NCBI GenBank assembly: GCA_041663425.1
Contig: JBAYMS010000001.1
Span: 8,884 to 72,883 of the forward strand
DNA length: 64,000 nucleotides
Direction: 5' to 3'
DNA from: Candidatus Omnitrophota bacterium
Lineage (GTDB): Bacteria; Omnitrophota; Gorgyraeia; 2-01-FULL-45-10
The notes below the pieces were generated by a model. That model saw only the letters and a program-made list of their open reading frames with translations, had not been told where the DNA came from and ran no database searches. Below, piece by piece: positions 32,809-39,606 of the stretch (position 1 is the first letter of the stretch; each line of letters begins with the position of its first letter). The position numbers and the translations under genes are program-made.

Positions 32809-34094
32809 GTAAACAATATCTTATAAAAGACGGAAGAGTGGTCGATCCCGCCAATAAAATAAACGATATTTTCGATATATTAATATCCGACGGGAAAATA
32901 GAAAAAACCGGCAAAAATTTAAATATTAAATCAGGCGAGACTATCGATGCTAAAGGAAAGATAGTTGCGCCAGGATTTATAGATATGCATGTTCATTTGC
33001 GAGAGCCCGGGCGGGAAGATGAAGAGACGGTCAGAACCGGATCCAGGGCGGCAGTCCACGGAGGATTTACCAGCATCCTTTGTATGCCAAATACCGATCC
33101 GGCTATTGATAATCCGGCAGTCGTGAAAAACCTGAAAGATATAATCGCCAAAGATGCCGTCTGCAACGTTTTTATAGCCGGCGCTGTTACCGAAGGCCGC
33201 ACGGGTAAAAAACTTACCGATTTTGATAACTTAAAATCCGCGGGAGTCATAGCGCTCTCCGATGACGGATCTCCGACGCCGGATAGTATGATCGACGAAG
33301 CTCTTAAGCGTTCAATGAAAGCAGGGCTTCTGCTCACAGAGCATTGTGAAGTGCCGCGGCTATCGCAGGGCGGTGTTATGAATAAAGGATTTATTTCAAC
33401 GAAGCTTGGCCTGAAAGGCATTTCCGCGCAATCAGAATATGAAGCGGTAAAACGCAATATCGACATCGCTGAAAAATTATCCGCGCGCATCCATATTGCC
33501 CACGTCAGCTGTAAAGAGTCGGTAGAGTTTATAAGGCAAGCTAAAAAGAAAGGCGTTCAGGTTACTACGGAGACAGCGCCGCATTACTTTGCGTTGAGTG
33601 AAGAATGCTGCGCTACATATGACACAAACACCAAGATCAACCCGCCTTTGCGGAGCATGGCGGATGTTGACGCGATAAAGGCAGGGCTTGCGGACGGCAC
33701 CATAGATGTGATAGCGACAGATCATGCACCCCACACAGATTCAGAAAAAGATGTCGAGTTTGATTATGCGCCGTTCGGGAAAATAGGCCTTGAAAGCGCT
33801 TTACCTGTCAGCGTTATGGAGCTTGTCGATAAGAAGATCTTATCATGGGATGAGCTTATAAAAAAGTTGTCAGCCAATCCTGCTAAAATACTGGGCGTGC
33901 CAGGCGGTAGATTAAGTAAAGGCGATCCTGCGGATATAACCATAATAGATCCCGATAAAGAATATATATTGAAAAAAGATATTATAGAATCGAAATCAAA
34001 AAATTCACCCTTCATAGGCTGGAAGGTGAAAGGGAGAATATCCACGGTTTTTGTAAAAGGCACAATAGTAATGAAGGATGAAATAATGTTATAA
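32805..34094 (+). CDS. pyrC: Dihydroorotase.
   Basis: Metal-binding DMHVHLREPG and the amidohydrolase fold. Overlaps the pyrB stop. Confidence 0.9.
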   Translation: MSKQYLIKDGRVVDPANKINDIFDILISDGKIEKTGKNLNIKSGETIDAKGKIVAPGFIDMHVHLREPGREDEETVRTGSRAAVHGGFTSILCMPNTDPAIDNPAVVKNLKDIIAKDAVCNVFIAGAVTEGRTGKKLTDFDNLKSAGVIALSDDGSPTPDSMIDEALKRSMKAGLLLTEHCEVPRLSQGGVMNKGFISTKLGLKGISAQSEYEAVKRNIDIAEKLSARIHIAHVSCKESVEFIRQAKKKGVQVTTETAPHYFALSEECCATYDTNTKINPPLRSMADVDAIKAGLADGTIDVIATDHAPHTDSEKDVEFDYAPFGKIGLESALPVSVMELVDKKILSWDELIKKLSANPAKILGVPGGRLSKGDPADITIIDPDKEYILKKDIIESKSKNSPFIGWKVKGRISTVFVKGTIVMKDEIML

Positions 34095-34105
34095 GAGGGA
34101 CAGCA

Positions 34106-35341
34106 ATGCCATTTATCGCCGACTTCCATATACACTCAAAATACTCACGCGCGACGGCAAAAGATATGGATCTGGCCTCGCTGGCAAAATGGGCGAAGAT
34201 AAAAGGCGTTGCAATGCTGGGCACCGGCGATTTTACCCACCCTTCGTGGTTTTCGGAACTTAAAAATAAATTAAAAGAAACAGATGCACCGGGCGTTTAT
34301 GAATACGAAGGCATATTATTCATACTGACGGCTGAAGTTTCAAATATATATTTTAAGGCAGGCAGGACCAGGAAAGTACACAATATAATATTTGCCCCAT
34401 CGCTTAATGCGGCTGAGGAAATAACTTCCGCAGTATCGGAATACGGCGAACTTTCCAGCGACGGCAGGCCGATCCTGAGTGTAGAATGCGACAGGATGGT
34501 CAGGCTCCTTACCAGGATAGACCCGAAGATTTTCTTTGTCCCCGCTCATGCGTGGACGCCGCACTTCAGTGTGTTCGGTTCGAATTCCGGATTTGACCTG
34601 CCCGAAGAGTGTTACGAAGACCAGACGGACAAAATATTTTCGATAGAGACCGGGTTGTCGAGCGATCCGGCCATGAACTGGCGCTGGTCCAGGCTCGACA
34701 GGTTTTGCATGACGTCCAACTCTGATGCGCATTCTCCGTCGAAAATAGGGCGCGAGGCGAATGTATTTAAAGATAAAATAAATTACACTGAGCTCATTGA
34801 TATACTTAAGAAAAAAGATAAGGCGCGGTTCCTTTACACGATAGAATTTTTTCCTGAAGAAGGAAAATACCACTGGGACGGGCACAGGGACTGCAAGGCA
34901 AGGTTTCCGCCGCGGGAAGCGATGAAGTTAAATAATATTTGCCCTGTCTGCGGCAAGAAGGTTACAATAGGTGTTATGCACAGGCTCGAAGGCCTGGCAG
35001 ACAGAAGCGAAGGATATGCCGATGCGGCGAGCCCTTCTTATAAAAGATTGGTGCCGCTGGCGGAGATCATAGGAAGTGCTTTTGGTGTAGGTACGGAATC
35101 CCTGAAGGTAGAAAGGGAATATTTCCGGTTAATTAAAAATTTCGGAACAGAATTTAATATGCTCCTGTATATGAACGAAAAGGAGCTTCGCGAAAGTCTC
35201 CCGGAGAGGATCGCCAGAGGAATTATAAACGTCCGCAGCGGCGATATCGAAATAAATCCGGGCTACGATGGAGAATACGGGAAAGTAACGGTTTTCAAAG
35301 AAGGCGACACGGCTCAGGATAAGCAGATGAGCTTCTTATAG
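34106..35341 (+). CDS. PHP-domain endonuclease Q (EndoQ)-like protein with a C-terminal zinc finger.
   Basis: DFHIHSKYSRAT, GTGDFTHPSW, PAHAWTP, LSSDPA, SNSDAHSP and IGREANVF motifs plus CPVCGKK...HRLEGLADRSE and RLVPLAEIIG. These align with my memory of archaeal EndoQ, which cleaves 5' of deaminated bases. Confidence 0.65.
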   Translation: MPFIADFHIHSKYSRATAKDMDLASLAKWAKIKGVAMLGTGDFTHPSWFSELKNKLKETDAPGVYEYEGILFILTAEVSNIYFKAGRTRKVHNIIFAPSLNAAEEITSAVSEYGELSSDGRPILSVECDRMVRLLTRIDPKIFFVPAHAWTPHFSVFGSNSGFDLPEECYEDQTDKIFSIETGLSSDPAMNWRWSRLDRFCMTSNSDAHSPSKIGREANVFKDKINYTELIDILKKKDKARFLYTIEFFPEEGKYHWDGHRDCKARFPPREAMKLNNICPVCGKKVTIGVMHRLEGLADRSEGYADAASPSYKRLVPLAEIIGSAFGVGTESLKVEREYFRLIKNFGTEFNMLLYMNEKELRESLPERIARGIINVRSGDIEINPGYDGEYGKVTVFKEGDTAQDKQMSFL

Positions 35342-35347
35342 GAAAAC

Positions 35348-36151
35348 ATGAAACAGCTGAACGAAAAAATACTGGATAATAAAAAGATGGGTGCAGGGTT
35401 CTGGCGCATGCGCATCTGTTCTGCGTATCTCGCCGGAAAGGCAAAGCCGGGGCAGTTTGTAGAGGTGAGGTGTTCGGCAGGCTCGGATCCGCTTTTGCGC
35501 AGGCCTTTGGGCATTCACAGGATCATAAAAGGCGGCGCGGAACTTTTATATGAAGTGGTCGGCAAAGGTACGGACATACTCTCTCAGAAGAAGAAGGGCG
35601 AGGAACTCGACCTGATAGGGCCCCTCGGAAACGGTTTTGATGTCCCCGGCCGTAAAGGGATAGCGATACTTGTTGCCGGCGGTAACGGAGTGGCTCCGTT
35701 ATTCGCGCTTGCGGAGAAAATTGAAAAGCTGGGATGGAAAGTTAAAGTGCTGATAGGTGCGCGCCACAATACGCATATTTTATGCGAAAAAGAATTTAAA
35801 TCGCTCGGGGCAGAGGTTATCGTTGCCACAGAGGATGGGTCAAAAGGACACAAAGGCCTTGTGACGCATCTACTGAAAACGGAGCTGGCAGGGGCACAAA
35901 CCGGTAAAGTAGTGAATGTATATGCCTGCGGGCCCATGGGGATGCTTAAGGCTGTCGCAAATATAGCGCGCGATTACAGAGCGCCGTGTCAGGTTTCGCT
36001 CGAGGAACGCATGGCATGCGGTGTAGGCGTGTGTCTGGGCTGCCCTGTTAAAATAAAAATAGGGCACGGGATAAACGAAGCCGGCTATACATATAAGATG
36101 GTTTGTAAAGACGGGCCTGTATTCGATGCAGAAGAAGTTTTCTGGGAATAA
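35348..36151 (+). CDS. pyrK: Dihydroorotate dehydrogenase electron-transfer subunit.
   Basis: FAD/NAD-binding ferredoxin-reductase fold, with a C-terminal 2Fe-2S Cys cluster (CGVGVCLGCPV). Confidence 0.85.
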   Translation: MKQLNEKILDNKKMGAGFWRMRICSAYLAGKAKPGQFVEVRCSAGSDPLLRRPLGIHRIIKGGAELLYEVVGKGTDILSQKKKGEELDLIGPLGNGFDVPGRKGIAILVAGGNGVAPLFALAEKIEKLGWKVKVLIGARHNTHILCEKEFKSLGAEVIVATEDGSKGHKGLVTHLLKTELAGAQTGKVVNVYACGPMGMLKAVANIARDYRAPCQVSLEERMACGVGVCLGCPVKIKIGHGINEAGYTYKMVCKDGPVFDAEEVFWE

Positions 36152-37079
36152 AAATATGAAACCTGATCTTCAAGTAAAAATAGGAACGCTGAAACTTAAA
36201 AACCCGGTCATGGTAGCGTCGGGGACATTCGGCGCTGAATACCGGGAGCTTGTCGATGTCGGTAAGCTGGGTGCGATAGTCACCAAGACCATTACGCTAA
36301 ACGGTCGCGCCGGCAATCCTGCCCCGAGAGTGGCGGAGGCATCTTCAGGTATGCTCAATTCGATAGGACTGGAAAACAAAGGGCTGGAAGATTTTATAAA
36401 CAAAAAAATACCGGCTTTTCCGGGCGGTGATACCAAACTTATTGTAAGTATTGCCGGAGACACCGAAGGTGAATTTACGCGCATGGTCGGAGAGCTCGAC
36501 AAAGTGAAGAAGGTGAGCGCTATAGAGATCAACCTCTCCTGCCCAAACGTAAAGCACGGCAGCAGGACCGGACTTACTGCCCAGGATGAGGACGCATCAT
36601 ACAGTGTAGTGCGCGCTGTGCGCAGGGCGACGGGACTGCCGATCATAGCGAAGCTTACTCCGAACGTAACCGATATAGCGAAGATAGCTGTGGCTGTGGA
36701 GAAGGCCGGTGCCGACGCTATCCTCGCAGTTAATACATTTGCCGCTATGGCTATCGATATCGAGACCCGCAGGCCTAAGCTCGGGAACGTGACGGGCGGT
36801 TTAAGCGGTCCGGCGATAAAACCTATAGCGCTGAAGATGATATGGGACATTTACAATAAAGTAGAAATCCCTATAATAGGTGTGGGCGGTATCATGAATT
36901 ATAAAGATGCCGTTGAATTTATGCTCTGCGGCGCGGCAGCGATACAGGTCGGCACGGCTACATTTGTAAATCCAAACACAGCGATCGAGATCATAAAAGG
37001 ACTTAATAAATACTGCAGTGATAAAAATATAAAAAATATGTCCGAGCTCGTCGGAAATATTAATATAGGCCGCTTGTAG
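36126..37079 (+). CDS. pyrD: Dihydroorotate dehydrogenase catalytic subunit (class 1B). The likely true start is MKPDLQVKI at about 36156.
   Basis: MVASGTFG, catalytic NLSCPN and the GVGGI motifs of PyrD. Confidence 0.85.
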   Translation: MQKKFSGNKNMKPDLQVKIGTLKLKNPVMVASGTFGAEYRELVDVGKLGAIVTKTITLNGRAGNPAPRVAEASSGMLNSIGLENKGLEDFINKKIPAFPGGDTKLIVSIAGDTEGEFTRMVGELDKVKKVSAIEINLSCPNVKHGSRTGLTAQDEDASYSVVRAVRRATGLPIIAKLTPNVTDIAKIAVAVEKAGADAILAVNTFAAMAIDIETRRPKLGNVTGGLSGPAIKPIALKMIWDIYNKVEIPIIGVGGIMNYKDAVEFMLCGAAAIQVGTATFVNPNTAIEIIKGLNKYCSDKNIKNMSELVGNINIGRL

Positions 37080-37087
37080 AACTCGCG

Positions 37088-37122
37088 GCACTTAGCCACA
37101 CCGTGGCTTAATAAACTTGGAG
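37088..37122 (+). repeat. Copy A of a conserved ~35-nt hairpin motif, immediately upstream of the pyrF start.
   Basis: gcacttagccacaccgtggcttaataaacttggag contains a perfect AGCCAC/GTGGCT stem. Related copies occur at 55046..55134. GGAG lies 5 nt upstream of the pyrF ATG. Confidence 0.4.
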
Positions 37123-37126
37123 CATT

Positions 37127-37840
37127 ATGACATCCATTAATAAATTGATAGTAGCGCTCGATGTAAATACCGAAGAAAAAGCGGTCGCCCTGGCTGAGAC
37201 GCTGAAAAATGAAGTGAGATTTCTCAAGATAGGCCTTGAGTTATTTTCAGCATGCGGGCCGAAGATAGTGGAGAGGATAAAAGAGACCGGCTGCGATGTA
37301 TTCCTCGACCTGAAATTTCATGACATTCCGACAACAGTTATGAAAGCCGCAGCAGCGGTAACTGCGCTCGAGCCTTTCATGTTCAATGTGCACGCGCTGG
37401 GCGGATATGAGATGATGAAACGGACTGCCGAGGCTGTAGCGAGCGAGACCTCAAGGCTCGAAATAGTAAAACCGAAAGTTCTGGCGGTGACGATACTTAC
37501 CAGCATGGACGAAAAGGCGATGAGAGAGATAGGGCTATCCTTAAATCCGAAAGACGCGGTTCTGAAATTGGCTGCTCTGGCGAAAAAAGCGGGCTTAGAC
37601 GGAGTGGTGGCTTCACCGTCCGAGACGAAAGCCATAAGGGAAGAGCTGGGCGAGGATTTTATTATAGTGACTCCGGGTGTGCGTCCGGAATGGGCCGCAG
37701 TAAATGATCAGAAGAGGGTCGCCACACCGAAAGCGGCAATAAAAGACGGCGCAAATTATATAGTTGTCGGCCGTCCGATAACGGAATATAAAGATCCTGC
37801 CGAAGCGGCCAGGCAGATACGAAAAGAGATGGAGATATGA
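37127..37840 (+). CDS. pyrF: Orotidine 5'-phosphate decarboxylase.
   Basis: LIVALDV...FLDLKFHDIPTT and the (I/V)VGR C-terminal motif. Confidence 0.9.
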   Translation: MTSINKLIVALDVNTEEKAVALAETLKNEVRFLKIGLELFSACGPKIVERIKETGCDVFLDLKFHDIPTTVMKAAAAVTALEPFMFNVHALGGYEMMKRTAEAVASETSRLEIVKPKVLAVTILTSMDEKAMREIGLSLNPKDAVLKLAALAKKAGLDGVVASPSETKAIREELGEDFIIVTPGVRPEWAAVNDQKRVATPKAAIKDGANYIVVGRPITEYKDPAEAARQIRKEMEI

Positions 37841-38406
37841 ACGAGAAAGAAGTTTTGGATGTATTTAATAAAAAGAATGCGTTGTTAACAGGCCATTTCA
37901 AATTATCGAGCGGCCTTCACAGTAAAAATTATCTGCAATGCGCCCTGATATTGCAGTATCCGGACATCGCGGAAGAGCTTTCGAAAGAGATAGCGAAAAG
38001 AGTTTCAAAAGAAAATATAGATGTGGTTGTAGGACCAGCTCTGGGCGGGGTAACATTTGCTTATGAGATCGCGAGAGCACTTAAAGTGCGCGGGCTATTT
38101 ACGGAACGACAGGAAGGTGCGATGGTGCTGCGCCGCGGTTTTACTATATCGCCGGGTGAGAAAGTTCTTGTGGCAGAAGACGTTATAACAACGGGCGGTT
38201 CTACTAAAGAAGTCATCGAAGTTGTAAAAAAGCTGGGCGGTATCGTGGTCGGAGTAGCGAGCATAATAGACAGAAGCTCAGAGCCTGTGGACTTCGGCGT
38301 GCCGTTTACGGCTCTTGCCAGGATAAAGGTTGAGACTTTCAAAGAAGAAGATTGTCCTCTCTGTAAGGCAAAAACCCCGATAACAAAGCCCGGCTCGAGA
38401 AAATAA
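37837..38406 (+). CDS. pyrE: Orotate phosphoribosyltransferase.
   Basis: PRTase motif VLVAEDVITTGGS. Overlaps pyrF and ends the operon. Confidence 0.9.
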   Translation: MNEKEVLDVFNKKNALLTGHFKLSSGLHSKNYLQCALILQYPDIAEELSKEIAKRVSKENIDVVVGPALGGVTFAYEIARALKVRGLFTERQEGAMVLRRGFTISPGEKVLVAEDVITTGGSTKEVIEVVKKLGGIVVGVASIIDRSSEPVDFGVPFTALARIKVETFKEEDCPLCKAKTPITKPGSRK

Positions 38407-38466
38407 GCATAAATTCTAAATTATTGCGTCCGGACGGGCGGTTATGGTATTATATTTTCCACTTTA

Positions 38467-38541
38467 GGGCAAGTAGCTCAATGGCGGAGCAATCGGTTTA
38501 CATCCGATAGGTTACAGGTTCGACCCCTGTCTTGCCCACCA
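38467..38541 (+). tRNA. tRNA-Val (anticodon UAC).
   Basis: GGGCAAGTAGCTCAATGGCGGAGCAATCGGTTTACATCCGAT...GGTTCGACCCCTGTCTTGCCCACCA. Confidence 0.85.
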
Positions 38542-38592
38542 CTTCTCTGAATAACCCAAGCCATGCAGTCCCGAGGAGATGTGGTTTGACTG

Positions 38593-38859
38593 ATGCGACG
38601 AGGGACACTTAACCCTATGAGCAAGTGGACTGTTTATATTCTTAAATGTAATGACGCTTCTTTATATACCGGCATTACGACCGATCTTGAAAAACGGGTA
38701 AAAAAGCACAATGAAGGCCGTGCTGCGAAGTACACGAGAGCAAAAAGGCCTGTTTCAGTGGTTTATACTGAAGGCGCTGTTAATTCATCCTCAGCTAAAA
38801 AGAGAGAAGCCGAGATAAAAAAATTATCTCGACAAGCTAAGGTAGAGCTGATAAAATAA
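38593..38859 (+). CDS. GIY-YIG nuclease family protein (UPF0213-like). The likely start is MSKWTVYIL at about 38617.
   Basis: WTVYILKCNDASLYTGITTDLEKRVKKHNEG..AKYTRAKRPV is the GIY-YIG core. The gene is sandwiched between two tRNA genes. Confidence 0.7.
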   Translation: MRRGTLNPMSKWTVYILKCNDASLYTGITTDLEKRVKKHNEGRAAKYTRAKRPVSVVYTEGAVNSSSAKKREAEIKKLSRQAKVELIK

Positions 38860-38873
38860 GCTTCCAGATTTCC

Positions 38874-38950
38874 GGGGACGTAGTTCAGTTGGTTAGAACG
38901 TCAGATTGTCGATCTGAAGGTCGCGGGTTCGACCCCCGTCGTCCCCGCCA
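38874..38950 (+). tRNA. tRNA-Asp (anticodon GUC).
   Basis: GGGGACGTAGTTCAGTTGGTTAGAACGTCAGATTGTCGATCTGA...GGTTCGACCCCCGTCGTCCCCGCCA. Confidence 0.85.
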
Positions 38951-39104
38951 TATAGAAACAGTAACTGGTTTAATACCAGATGATTAGCCGTAACAAGTTG
39001 TAAATTCAACTGGTTACGGCTATTTTATTTATCTTGCGTGTTTTGGAAATTAGCGCTATTCTTGGAAGTGATGGCACAAAAATGGCACAGTCATAGGGCT
39101 CCGA

Positions 39105-39599
39105 ATGGCGAATAATATTGATGTTTCAAAACTTCCGCTAAGCAAGATATTGATTTTGTTTGGCGACTTAATGGATGAGCTGAAGAAAAGAGGCGTTGTT
39201 AGAACGCGTAATAATCCGGTAGCTGACTATGCCGAATGGCTAACGGTAAGAGTCTTTAGTCTTGGCATCCAAACAAGCTCTAACAAAGGCTTTGATGCCA
39301 TTGATAAAAAAGGAATTCGATACCAAATAAAAGGCCGTAGGCTCGATGCTTCAAACCCATCCCGGCAATTGGGGGTTATTCGCGATCTTGATAAAAAGGG
39401 ATTCGATTTTCTTATCGCTATCATATTTAACAAAGATTTTACTATTCACGATGCCTATAAAATTCCGCACGAGCTCATAGGCGAATACGCTCGTTATAGT
39501 AAACATCAAAATGGATATATATTACACCTTAAAGGAAAAATTCTTCTGGCAAAAGGCGTTGAGAATATTACCGGAGCATTAAGCAAAGTTTCGGCATGA
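39105..39599 (+). CDS. Hypothetical small protein, possibly a PD-(D/E)xK-like nuclease or DNA-binding fold. First gene of a two-gene module.
   Basis: 164 aa. GFDAIDKKGIRYQIKGRR fits a D...(E/Q)xK pattern after an upstream acidic residue (ADYAEW). It sits in AT-rich DNA and ends 7 nt before the next ORF. Confidence 0.35.
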   Translation: MANNIDVSKLPLSKILILFGDLMDELKKRGVVRTRNNPVADYAEWLTVRVFSLGIQTSSNKGFDAIDKKGIRYQIKGRRLDASNPSRQLGVIRDLDKKGFDFLIAIIFNKDFTIHDAYKIPHELIGEYARYSKHQNGYILHLKGKILLAKGVENITGALSKVSA

Positions 39600-39606
39600 G
39601 GAGATT

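Noticed and set aside
37088-37122. Interpretation of the recurring motif as a sigma-54 promoter (TGGC...).
   Set aside because: The GG-N10-GC spacing is not satisfied and TTGC is absent. Left as an unassigned motif.
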